Source: Malacoraja senta (taxonomy: Eukaryota). Taken from it: 64,000 bases of DNA. Positions 52,776-64,000 of this stretch are shown in pieces. The DNA lies in the NCBI GenBank assembly GCA_038087875.1, contig CM075990.1, forward strand, positions 3,412,001 through 3,476,000, in the 5' to 3' direction. A program made the position numbers and the translations under genes. Numbering within the stretch: the stretch's first letter is position 1; the number at the start of each line of letters is the position of its first letter. The notes under the pieces were generated by a model. It saw nothing but the letters and a program-made list of their open reading frames with translations. It was not told the origin of the DNA and made no database searches.

Positions 52776-53924
52776 CTGGTGATATCGCAGGAAAAACATG
52801 TAGGAAGGAACTGCAGATGCTGGTTTACACCGAAGATAGACACAAAATGCTGGAGTAACTCAACAGGTCAGGCAGCATCTCTGGAAAAAAAATGAATAGG
52901 TGACATTTTGGGTCAGGTCTCTTCTTCAGACCACCACTCCCACGTCACGGGGCTAGGGTCAATTTCATTTCCAATGCTGACAGAAGATGAAAATCATACA
53001 GAGCTAAACTGAGAGAAAACTATTAACAGGAATGCTTTGAATGTTAAGATGATCAGAATGTATAATATTTGAATTCTCATATGTAGGAAAGGAATGGAAT
53101 AGGAATACTTGATTGTCCCGTGACTAGGCACAGTGCAATTCTTTGCTTGTATACCCAATGTATACAAATGGCAGCCACCTACAGAAGGAACTGCAGATGC
53201 TGGTTTAAACCGAATATAGACACAAAAAGCTGGAGTAACTCTGCGGGACAGGCAGCATCTCTGGAGAGAAGGAATGGGTGACGTTTCGGGTTGAGACCCT
53301 TCTTCATACTGGGGACCAATGGCTATACTTGGAGCTGATGCTGCTTGGAGTGTTTACAAAGTTGAATCTGTTTCTCCTTTTGGAAAAAGATGTCCGTTGG
53401 CCAATTTGTACATCAACCTAGGTTTAAGTTTAGTTCAGAAATACAGTGCGGGCAACAGGCCCTTCGGCCCACCGAGTCTGTGCCAACCAGAGCACTATCC
53501 CACACACACTACGGACAATTTCCATTGTTACCGAAGCCAATTAACCTGCACGTCTTTGGAGTGCGGGAGGGAACCGGAGCTCCTGGAGAGAACCCACCTG
53601 GTCACAGGGAGAACGTGCAAACTCCATACCGACAGCACCGGGTCTCCGGCGCTGTAAATGAGCAACTCTACCGTGCCGCCCTATGTGTTTTAGTATTTCC
53701 CACAACACCAAAACGTAGGCGCAGGTTCAAAGGTTTGATCGGCTCATACATTGGAGCGAATGGAGTGGTTGACTGTTCGTGCGTTGACCTTCGAGTTCAA
53801 TGCTGTCGATGTACTTTAACTCAGCGAGTGAACGTGGAGGCAGGCTTGGAGTGGGAAAAGATTCAGGGGAAATTGAGGGGCAACTTTTTCCTCAGCTTTA
53901 TCCCTCAAGTGAGAGAATGAAGAG

Positions 53925-54208
53925 AATAAAGGGGAGGTCATTTAAGACTGAGGTGAGAAAAAACTTTTTCACCCAGAGAGTTGTGAATTTGTGGAATTCC
54001 CTGCCACAGAGGGCAGTGGAGGCCAAATCACTGGATGGATTTAAGAGAGAGTTAGATAAAGCTCTAGGGGCTAGTGGAGTCAAGGGATATGGGGAGAAGG
54101 CCGGCACGGGTTATTGATAGGGGACGATCAGCCATGATCACAATGAATGGCGGTGCTGGCTCGAAGGGCCGAATGGCCTCCTTCTGCACCTATTTTCTAT
54201 GTTTCTAT
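53925..54208 (+). mobile_element. CR1 3' fragment
   Basis: RIKGRSFKTEVRKNFFTQRVVNLWNSLPQRAVEAKSLDGFKRELDKAL. Confidence 0.9.
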
Positions 54209-54343
54209 AACAGAGCAGAGGGCGCAACCTCTCCGCCCATGACTCGAGCGGTGCGCGTTAGAAGGCTGATGCTGGGGCTCCTTTGAAGTAGTTCAGTGCT
54301 GGATTGAACTGCTGCCAAACTGAAGTCTCCCGCCTCTAGTTTA

Positions 54344-54514
<171 letters not shown>

Positions 54515-54939
54515 GCTGCACTGGGTGTGTGGGTGGAAGTTGAGTGGGGTGTGGGGTGTGGTGGGGGGGGGAGAGGGGGTGGCGGAGATGATTCTCTGCA
54601 AAGGAAGAATCAAAATAAAGGCCTCCCAGGGGCGGAAACTCCGGCGGCTCCTAATTGATGAAAGGACAGACGTGGCTAAAGCCTCCCATTCATACTCTAC
54701 AATAGGCTTCCCTCTGAACCAGAACTCAAAGCGGGAAGGGAGAGGAAGTGAAAGGGCCGGTCAGAATCAGAGACCTTACGCCACCCTCATTTACCACAAG
54801 CCCCCAGTCATTGCGTTTCATGTTTCTGTTATTCACGTGCCTCATTCAACTGGTGTTGGAGGTTCTAAATTCTCCATTTAATGGGACCCACAAGCTCTGA
54901 CGATATAAGATTGTAAATTCAGGCAGCACAATAATAGCA

Positions 54940-55310
54940 ATAGACAATAGACAATAGACAATAGGTGCAGGAGTAGGCCATTCGGCCCTTCGACCCTTCG
55001 GCCCTTCGAGCCAGCACCGCCATTCAAAGTGATCATGGCTGATCATCCCCAATCAGTACCCGCTCCTGCCTTCTCCCCATATCCCCTGACCGCTATTTTT
55101 AAGAGCCCTATCAGCTCTCTCTTGAAAGCATCCAGAGAACCTGCCTCCACGCCCTCTGAGGCAGAGAATTCCACAGACTCACCACTCTCTGTGAGAAAAA
55201 GTGTTTCCTCGTCTCCGTTCTAAATGGCTTACTCCTTATTCTTAAACTTTGGTCCCTGGTTCTGGACTCCCCCCAACATCGGGAACATGTTTCCTGCATC
55301 TAGCGTGTCC
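54940..55310 (-). mobile_element. CR1 3' fragment
   Basis: (aatagac)n tail; SLRIRSKPFRTETRKHFFSQRVVSLWNSLPQRA on the minus strand. Confidence 0.88.
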
Positions 55311-55529
55311 AAAAGAGAAGGTAGGAAATGTCCAGTTTAATTCAGTTTAGATTCAGTTTTAGAGAGACAGCGTGGAAAAAGGCACTTCGGCCCATCGAAT
55401 CCATGCTGACCATCGATCACCCGTTCACACGAGTTCCATCTTATCCCACGTTCCCTTCCACTCACTACACACTGAGGCCAATCTACTGAGGGCCAATTAA
55501 CCTACACACCCGCACATCTTTGGGATTTC

Positions 55530-55830
55530 TAGTTTACTTTAATTTAGAGATACAGCGGGGATACAGGCCGAGTTCACGCCAACCAGCGATCCCCGCTAAC
55601 ACTATCTCACACACACTGGCGGACAATTTACAGTCTTTGCCCAAGCCAATTGACCTAGAACCCTGTACGTCTTTGGAGTGCGGGAGGAAACCGAAGCATC
55701 CGGAGAAAAACCCATGCAGGTCACGGAGAGAACGTGCAAACTCCGTACAGACAGCATCCGTAGTCAGGATCGAACCCGGGTCTCTGGCGCTGTGAGGCAG
55801 CAGCTCTACCGCTGCACCACCGTGCCGCCC
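55530..55830 (-). mobile_element. V-SINE (HE1-like)
   Basis: Head gggcggcacggtggtgcagcgg and B box ggttcgatcc on the minus strand. Confidence 0.87.
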
Positions 55831-55904
55831 TATGTGTTTTAGTATTTCCCCAAACCAAAACGTGGGTGAAGGTCTGAAGGTTTGATCAGCTGAGATCAAT
55901 TGTT

Positions 55905-55914
55905 TCTGTCTCTT

Positions 55915-55952
<38 letters not shown>

Positions 55953-56152
55953 GTCTCTCTCTCTCTCTCTCTCTCTCTTCCTCTGTCTCTCTCCCCCTCT
56001 CTCTCTCTCTCTCTGTCTCCCTGTCCATCTATCTGTCTGTCTGTCTCTCTCTGTCTCTATCTTTCGCTCTCTCTGTTTTCACTCTCTGTCTCTCTCGCTC
56101 TCTCTCTCTGTCTCTCCCTCCCAGCCCCTCTCTCCCTCTCTCTGTCTCTCTG

Positions 56153-56183
<31 letters not shown>

Positions 56184-56195
56184 TCCAGCCCCTCT
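55905..56195. repeat. (CT)n polypyrimidine microsatellite
   Basis: Direct observation. Confidence 0.95.
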
Positions 56196-57194
56196 CACAC
56201 AGGCTGTTCTGAACCTTTCCTTGCTCTATTGTAAACCCATTGAGTAATCAATTAGCAGGGACAGGACTGCATTAGCACCTAATTAAGGTGGCAGGGAATT
56301 GTAATCCAGAGTGCACTTGACTCCTTGTTGTTAATACGGTTCCTTGGATCAGTTGGCAGAGCTCCCTGCCCTGTGTCGCGGAGAGAAGGGAGCGTGAAGA
56401 TGTTGCACTTTGATGTCCTTTCTAGAGAATATTATGTAAACAAGTTAAAGGATAAAAGGCCTTTGTCTTGGGGGAAAAGGGCAAAATGAATTAAATTTAG
56501 TCTGGTCGACCTGGGCCAAGAGAGGGGCTGTTTTGTTCAGTCTGACAAACCTCCGTCGACCTGTTGTTTTCAGGCATCCTTCAGCAACATAGAAGAGGTC
56601 AGAGGTCAGAGGTACTGACTACAACATCTTGACCCCCCCCCCTCCACAAAGCCCCCCACTAAACCATGGGAATCCGAGCATGAACACAATCAGAGCAGCC
56701 GTATAAAGGCCGACTCGCCCAGGGTCAATATTCAACTCCAAAAGCAGGGCCTAGGAGGGAAAGTTCAGCTGCAAAGACCGCCAAGGCCAACTTCCACAAG
56801 AAAGGCGGAGAGAGAGAAGAACCTCGGCCACTAATTGCGACGTATTCACTGGATGGGCATGTTTGAAGATCGAGGGATGGGTTTTGGGGGGGATGAGAAA
56901 GAAGAGGTTAATGATGGCCAGGTGTGTCCATTCTTTACCGGATGCCCTGCTAATTCACCCTGACTTAACCCGAAGGCCTCTTGTCAACAACAGGGCAAGA
57001 CAAGGCCCAGAATTCTGTGGACGGCTTTTAAATTGTTCGCAAGGTGTTTTTTTGGGGGGTGGTGGTGGTGGTGGTGGGGGGGGGGGGGGGGGGAGGACCA
57101 TGGACACCATGGAAACCATTTTATCAGGATGCATTTTCAGTGGAACTGTTTCCTTTATCATTGTTACTTTTCTGCAGATCTTTCATTCATTTTA

Positions 57195-57646
57195 GGTAGA
57201 CAAAAATGCTGGAGAAACTCAGCGGGTGAGGCAGCATCAATGGAGCGAAGGAAATAGGCAACGTTTCGGGTCGAGACCCTTCTTCAAACTGGTGTGGGGG
57301 TGGAGGGGGCGGGAAGAAGAAAGGAAGAGGCGGAGACAGTGGGCTCTGGGAGAGCTGGGAAGGGGAGGGGAAAGAAGGAGAAAGCAGGGACTACCTGAAA
57401 TTGGAGAAGTCAATGTTCATACCGCTGGGGTGTAAACTACCCAAGCGAAATATGAGGTGCTGCTCCTCCAATTTACGGTGAGCCTCACTCTGGCCATGGA
57501 GGAGGCCCAGGACTGAAAGGTCGGATTCGGAATCGGAGGGGGAGTTGAAGTGCTGAGCCACCGGGAGATCAGGTTGGTTATTGCGGACCGAGCGGAGGTG
57601 TTGGGCGAAACGATCGCCAAGCCTACGCTTGGTCTCACCGATGTAG
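57195..57646 (-). mobile_element. Penelope-like 3' end (GIY-YIG remnant + pLTR)
   Basis: Minus strand reads YIGETKRRLGDRFAQHLRSVRNNQPDLPVAQHFNS..DLSVLGLLHGQSEAHRKLEEQHLIFRLGSLHPSGMNIDFSNFR-stop, then the pLTR. Confidence 0.88.
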
Positions 57647-57647
57647 A

Positions 57648-57978
57648 TTTTAGTATAGTTTAGTTTAGTTTAGTGATAGAGCATGGAAACAGGCCCTTCG
57701 GCCCACCGAGTCCACGCCGACCAGCGATCCCCGCACATTAACACTACCCCACACACAGTAGGGACAATTTTACATTTAATCCGAAGCCAATTAACCTACA
57801 AACCTGCACGTCTTTGGAGTGTGGGAGGAAACCGAAGATCTCGGAGAAAACCCACGCAGGACAAGGGGACGACGTACAAACTCCGTACAGACAGCACCCG
57901 TAGTCAGGATCGAACCCGGGTCTCCAGGGCTATAAACGCTGTAAGGCAGCAACTCTACCGCTGCACCACCAGGCCGCC
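57648..57978 (-). mobile_element. V-SINE (HE1-like)
   Basis: Full head-body-tail on the minus strand. Confidence 0.88.
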
Positions 57979-58235
57979 CATATGTTCTATATCTCTCTGC
58001 ATCATCGTCCATATCTCTCATTCTCCTCTCCCGTGACTTTCACTCTGAAGAAGGGTCTCGGCCCAAAACCTCACCCATCCCTTCTCTCCACAGTTGCCCT
58101 TTGACCCGCTATGTTACTCAAGCACTTTGTGTCAATCGTGGGCAAAAAGGGAACATGGAATATCAATGTCCATTAAGGTAGAGGAGAATCCCAAGAGAAT
58201 CTACATGTTAATGGTAACCAGGGAAGGAACTCCCT

Positions 58236-58727
58236 CTTGCTATTGAGGGAGTGCAGCGTAGCTTTACAAGGTTAATTCCCGGATGGCGGGACTGTCATAT
58301 GCTGAGAGAATGGAGCAGCTGGGCTTGTACACTCTGGAGTTTAGAAGGATGAGAGGGTATCTCATTGAAACATATAAGATCGTTAAGGGTTTGGACATGC
58401 TAGAGGCAGGAAACATGTTCCCGATGTTGGGGGAGTCCAGAACCAGGGGCCACAGTTTAAGAATAAGGAGTAAGCCATTTAGAACGGAGACGAGGAAACA
58501 CTTTTTCTCACAGAGAGTGGTGAGTCTGTGGAATTCTCTGCGGGTTCTCTGGATACTTTCAAGAGAGAGCTAGATAGGGCTCTTAAAGATAGCGGAGTCC
58601 GGGGATATGGGGAGAAGGCAGGAACGGGGTACTGATTGGGGATGATCAGTCATGATCACAGTGAATGGCGGTGCTGGCTCGAAGGGCCAAATGGCCTACT
58701 CCTGCACCTATTGTCTATTGTCTATTG
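58236..58727 (+). mobile_element. CR1 3' fragment
   Basis: MAGLSYAERMEQLGLYTLEFRRMRGYLIETYKIVKGLDMLEAGNMFPMLGESRTRGHSL. Confidence 0.9.
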
Positions 58728-59893
58728 GCATCTTAATGGTCAACAAAGCCCCGTGGAGCCACAGGAGATGGACAAGGAGTTGAATGAATATTTCTCGTCT
58801 GTAATTACTGGGGATAAGGACAAAAATGCTAAGAATCCCGACCTCTGACGCCACTTCTCCATGTTCTCCAGCGACATTGCCTGACCCGCTGAGTTGTGTG
58901 GGGTTTTTTGGATGCTAAAGGAACTCGGAGAAGTTAATAGTGATATCTTGAAGAGTCAAGTCAAGTCAAGAGAGTTTATTGTCATGTGTCCCAGATAGGA
59001 CAATGACATTCTTGCATTGCTGCAGTACAACAGAATATTGTAAGCATAAATACAGATCAGATCAGTGTGTCCATATACCAGAGTATCCACAATGCAGGAG
59101 GTTCTGGAGGTCTTACAACCTATACAGGTCAATAGATCCCTAGGGCATTATCAAGTGTAGCCTCAGACAGTGTAGGAAGCCAGATCATTGTATCACCCAG
59201 TTGCTGGATGACTGGAGATAATGACTGGAGCCAGTTAAAGTCATGGGAGTCATACAGCATGGAAAAAGGCCCTTCAGCCCAACTTCCCCACACTGACCAA
59301 CTTTCACGTGGTCCACCCTGTTTCGACTAATGCAATCAACCCGACGTGCACAAACAAATAGGTCAAATAGAAGGAGTTGTCCTACAACTTAAGGCTGCGC
59401 ACGCCATACGCAAGAAAAAGACTGACACTTGTTATACAGTTATACAGTTTAGTTTGTTGTCATGTGTACCGAGGTACAGTGAAAAGCTTCTGTTGCAGGC
59501 TATCCAGTCAGCGGAAAGACAATACATGATTACAACCGAGCCTTTTACAGTGTATACATACATGTTAAGGGAATAACATTTAGTGCAAGGTAAAACCAGC
59601 AAAGTTCCGATCAAGGATAGTCCGAGGGTCGCCAATGAGGTAGATAGTAGTTCAGGGCCTGCTCCCTGGTTGTGGTAGGATGATTCCGTTGCCTGATAAC
59701 AGCTGGGAAGAAACTGTCCCCGAATCCCACTTGCCTGCATTTGGTCCATATCTTAAACATTGCCTGCCTCAACTACCACCTCTGGCAGCTCGTTCCATAC
59801 ACCCAGCATCCTTTGTGTGAAAAAGTTAAAACATCCTGAGGCCCACCCCTTGTCGCAAGCCTCCAGTCTGAAAAAGCAACCTTCCACCATCAC

Positions 59894-60265
59894 TGTGTGT
59901 AGGAAGGAACTGCAGACGCTGGTTTACACTGAAGATAGACACAAAATGCTGAAGTAACTCTGCGAGACAGGCAGCATCTGTGGATGGAAGGAATGGGTGA
60001 CGTTTTTGGGTCGAGGCCCTTCTTCAGACTGAGCCTGCAGGGGAGAGGGAGTTACAGGGATAAGGAAGTGTAGCTAACATTGTTCTATTCTACATTTTCC
60101 TACATTGATCTGCATCTCTTTTGATCTCTTTCTCTTCCTTATCTCTGTAACTTCATCTCCTCTGACGCTCAGTCTGAAGAAGGGTCTCGATCCAAAATGT
60201 CACCCATTCCTTCTATCCAGAGACGCTGTCTGTCATGCTGAGTTACTCCAACATTTTGTGTCTAT
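59894..60265. mobile_element. Penelope-like inverted pLTR pair with 13-bp direct repeat
   Basis: cttccaccatcac at 59881-59893 and 60266-60278. Both arms carry ctgaagaaggg. Confidence 0.75.
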
Positions 60266-60671
60266 CTTCCACCATCACCTTCTGCTTCTTTCCATGAAGC
60301 CAATTTTCTATCCACTCAGATATCCTCCTTGGATCCCATGCAATCTAACCTTCCAGAACAGCCTGCAATGCGAAACCTTGTAGAATGCAAATATATGAAA
60401 GATTACAGGAGAAAGCCTGGGAACAACAGACTGGTGAGCCTTAGGTATCAATGGAGGGAAAGTAATGGCAGAGGATTCTGAGAGGCAAGAGCTCTTTAAA
60501 GCTAATCAGCTTGGTGCGTGGAAAATTATGTCTCAGTAATTTGATTGAGTTATTTGCGGAGGAAATCAAGAACACTGATGTAGAGTTAATATGACTTGAT
60601 GTTTCAATCCCTGTAGTAAGTCGGAACTCTTGATATTGACAGTGGGATTGGAGAGGTGAAAGGTTGGGTAG

Positions 60672-60871
60672 NNNNNNNNNNNNNNNNNNNNNNNNNNNNN
60701 NNNNNNNNNNNNNNNNNNNNNNNNNNNNNNNNNNNNNNNNNNNNNNNNNNNNNNNNNNNNNNNNNNNNNNNNNNNNNNNNNNNNNNNNNNNNNNNNNNNN
60801 NNNNNNNNNNNNNNNNNNNNNNNNNNNNNNNNNNNNNNNNNNNNNNNNNNNNNNNNNNNNNNNNNNNNNNN
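60672..60871. other. Assembly gap (200 N)
   Basis: Run of exactly 200 n. Confidence 1.
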
Positions 60872-61286
60872 CCAGGTGTGGTCTCACTAGGACTCTGTAC
60901 AACTGCAGAAGGACCTCTTTGCTCCTATATTCGATTCCTCTTGTTATAAAGGCCAACATGCCATTCGCTTTCTTCACTGCCTGCTGTACCTGCATGCTTA
61001 CTTTCATAGACTGATGTACAAGGACCCCCAGATCCCGTTGTACTTCCCCTTTTCCCAACTTGACGCCATTTAGATAGTAATCTGCCTTCCTGTTTTTGCT
61101 ACCAAAGTGGATAACCTCACATTTATCCGCATTAAACTTCATCTGCCATGCACCTGCCCACTCCCCCACCCTGTCCAAGTCACCCTGCATTCTCATAGCA
61201 TCCTCCTCACAGTTCACACTGCCACCCAGCTTTGTGTCATCTGAAAATTTGCTAATGTTACTTTGAATCCCTTCATCCAAATCATT
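60872..61286 (-). mobile_element. CR1 reverse-transcriptase fragment (young, frame intact up to the gap)
   Basis: NDLDEGIQSNISKFSDDTKLGG..DLDRVGEWA..WQMKFNADKCEVIHFG..RDLGVLV..KKANGMLAFITRGIEYRSKEVLLQLYRVLVRPHL. Confidence 0.93.
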
Positions 61287-61469
61287 GGACTTGATTGCTA
61301 GTTGAAGGGAGCGACCCCTCACCCCCATTATCTTCAATAGCCTGGTCGTAGATGCAGCAATGAATCCCCTGCATCCCATTTCTACAGGGAGAATCTTGGT
61401 CTTCCTGCCATTCTGGGCAGCTTCAGTTGCCAGATCAGAGTACTTGGTCTTTTTCCTCTCATTATCCAT
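61287..61469 (-). mobile_element. HERO/R4-like non-LTR restriction-like endonuclease C-terminal fragment
   Basis: ERKKTKYSDLA...ILPVEMGCRGFIAAS..LLKIMGVRG fits the K..KY..L...PVEvGCRG pattern of RLE-type non-LTR elements. Confidence 0.7.
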
Positions 61470-61697
61470 ATGGACTATGTTAACAAGATATCACATTGTA
61501 AGTTGGTCTGGAAGATTGGATCATACAGCATCCAGTGCAGGCAAGGCAATTGCATACCAAATTGGCTTGAGTTGTGTTTAGTATATTATACAGTGAAAAG
61601 CTTGAGGGTAAGAGATAGAAGATGGTGGAAGAGGACTATCTTCTACCTTTCCTTGATCATCGTTGATTTTTACAAATCTTCCTATGCGGTATTGGCT

Positions 61698-62010
61698 TTA
61701 TTTAGTTTTGTTTCGTTTCGTTCAGGGATACAGCGCGGAAACAGGCCCTTCGGCCCACCGAGCCCGCACCGACCAACGATCCCCGCACATTAACACTATC
61801 CAACACACACTAGGGACAATTTTACATTTATATCAAGCCAATTAACCTACAAACCTGTACGTCTTTGGAGTGTGGGAGGAAACCGAAGATCTCGGTGAAA
61901 ACCCACGCAGGTCACGGGGAGAACGCACAAACTCCGTACAGACAGCACCCAGAGTTGGGATCGAACCTGGGTCTCCGGCGCTGTGAGGCAGCAACTACGC
62001 CACCGTGCCA
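61698..62010 (-). mobile_element. V-SINE (HE1-like)
   Basis: Head and B box ggttcgatcc on the minus strand; (tttcg)n tail. Confidence 0.87.
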
Positions 62011-63331
62011 TCCCTGTGCCGTCTATATCACTCCTTTCCCTCTCCCCTGAATATCAGTCTGAAGAAGGGTCTCGACCCGAAACATCACCCATTCCTTTTC
62101 TCCATAGATGCTGCCTGTCCCGCTGAGTTACTCCGGCATTTTGTGCCTACCCGAGCAGAAATAGACACAAAGTGCTGGAGCAACACAATGGGTCAGGCAG
62201 CGTCTATGAAGATAGACAAAAAATGCTGGAGAAACTCAGCGGGTGAGGCAGCATCTATGGAGAGAAGGAATAGGCGACATTTCGGGTCGAGACCCTTCTT
62301 CAGACCCATGTTGGGGGGGGGGGGGTGGAGGCGGGATAAAGAAAGGAAGTAGGCGGAGACAGTAGGACTTGTGGGAGAACTGGGAAGGGGGGAAGGGGGA
62401 AGGAGGGAGAAAGCAAGAGCTATCTAAAATGAGTCAATGTTTAGCAGGTCAGTTTAGCAGCATCTACGGAGAAATAGTTTAGGTGGCGTTTCTGACCGGA
62501 CTGATAGTCCAAAGTCTCAAGAAGGGTCCCGACACGAAACGTCACCTATCCTTTTTCTCCAGAGATGCTGCTGGACCCGCAGAGATACTCCAGCACTTTG
62601 TGTCTACCTTTGGTCTAAACCAGCATCCACAGTTCTTTGTTTCTACCCTGGCAGAAGCTCTTTACCACTGCCATGTCCAGTTTTGCAGCATCCAAATTCT
62701 TGGACAGTTTTGTATATTTTCATTCAATCTCCGAATCCATTCTGCCGCATCTGGGCTCTTTATGTATGTGTTCAAAGGCTAACGAAAATTAAGTGCACTG
62801 AAATGAAATTATTACATTTCAAAGTATTTAGCAAGTACCGTGAACTGAGAAACATTATAATGGTCTTCACAGATTTTTCAGCTTATTCTAATATTCGGAA
62901 TTAGAAGTTTTCAGATGAGTGATCTTTGCTGATGTTACAAGATAGTTAATGGGCACATTATGAAAAGGACAATCAGCATTACGAAGGTTCACTTTCCATT
63001 AACACCTGTGATAGATATGGAAACCTACTGCAGTGTAAACACGCACACTGTAGCTAAGCAGTGCAGAAGCACCTCAAGTCTGGTGGCAACAATTGATTCA
63101 CAGAAGGCTGTGGAGGCCAAGTCAATGGATATTTTTAAGGCAGAGATAGATGGATTCTTGATCAGTACGGGTGTCAGGGGCTATGGGGAGAAGGCAGGAG
63201 AACGCGGTTAGGAGGGAGAAATAGATCAGCCATGATTGAATAGTGGAGTAGACTTGATGGGCCGAATGGCCGAATTCTGTTCCTATCTCTTATGACCTGA
63301 TGATTCCTGACTACCTTCAACAGTCTGCCTA

Positions 63332-63542
63332 TTGAAGGTAGACACAAAATGCTGGAGTAACTCAGTGGGTGAGGCAGCATCTCTTTAGAGAAGGAATGGG
63401 CGACGTTTCGGGTCGAGACCCACGGATCTCGCCCAAATCGACGCCCATTCCTCCTCTCCAGAGATGCTGCCTCACACGCTGAGTTACTCCAGCATTTTGT
63501 ATCTACCTTCGATTTAAACCAGCATCTGCAGTTCTTTCTTAC
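63332..63542. mobile_element. Penelope-like inverted pLTR pair with 12-bp TSD
   Basis: acagtctgccta at 63320-63331 and 63543-63554. Inverted arms gaaggtagacacaaaatgctgg / ccagcattttgtatctaccttc. Confidence 0.78.
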
Positions 63543-63613
63543 ACAGTCTGCCTAGGGAGCTGGTTTATATTTAAATCACTATTTCCTGTCTCTCTTATTA
63601 CCTGCGTCATATT

Positions 63614-63908
63614 TTGGTTTAGTTTAGTTTAGAGATACGGTGCGGAAACAGGCCCTTTGGCCCACCGGGTCTGCACACTAAGACTATCCTACACACACTA
63701 GGGACAATTTACAATTTTACCGAAGCCAATTAACCTACAAACCTGCACGTCTCTGGAGTGTGGGAGGAAACCGGAGCTCCCCGGGGAAAACCCACGCATG
63801 TCACGGGGAGAACGTACAAACTCCATACAGGCAGCACCCGTAGTCAGGATCGAACCTGGGTCTCTGGCGCTGTGAGGCAGCAACTCTACCGCTGTGCCAC
63901 CGTGCCAC
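63614..63908 (-). mobile_element. V-SINE (HE1-like)
   Basis: Head tggcacggtggcacagcggtagag and B box ggttcgatcc on the minus strand. Confidence 0.87.
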
Positions 63909-64000
63909 ACATGCTTGGGTTTAAAGCTGGCAGGAACCCATGATGTATGTTTGGTGCCCCAGAAAGATAAGAGAAAGAGCTGCATTTTTTTTAACATCTT

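Noticed and set aside
60441..61469. 342-aa ORF as a gene
   Set aside because: It spans a 200-N gap and is built from HERO-like and CR1 fragments.

Overview
Repeat-dominated, non-coding vertebrate DNA. The repeat set (HE1/V-SINE-type tRNA SINE plus HER1/CR1-type LINE tails) points to a cartilaginous fish, probably a skate or ray (inference). I found no supportable protein-coding exon, RNA gene or CRISPR array. The ORF track is explained by microsatellites, N-gaps and retroelement debris. Contents: more than 20 V-SINE copies; many 5'-truncated CR1 and Rex1/Babar LINE ends; Penelope-like GIY-YIG fragments and inverted pLTR pairs carrying a hammerhead-like core; a HERO-like endonuclease fragment; two RTE-5'UTR-derived short elements; a family of PIF/Harbinger-type MITEs; a hAT MITE with an 8-bp TSD; long (CA/TG) arrays; and two 200-N gaps. 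Bases 1-5324 are a near-identical inverted copy of 8184-13517 ending at a gap, probably an assembly artefact. The most interesting signals are the Penelope hammerhead-like inverted units with TSDs, the Harbinger MITE family with a shared internal palindrome, two microhomology-bounded local inverted insertions, and unique islands that may be enhancers. All coordinates were read by eye, and repeat boundaries are approximate unless a TSD is quoted.
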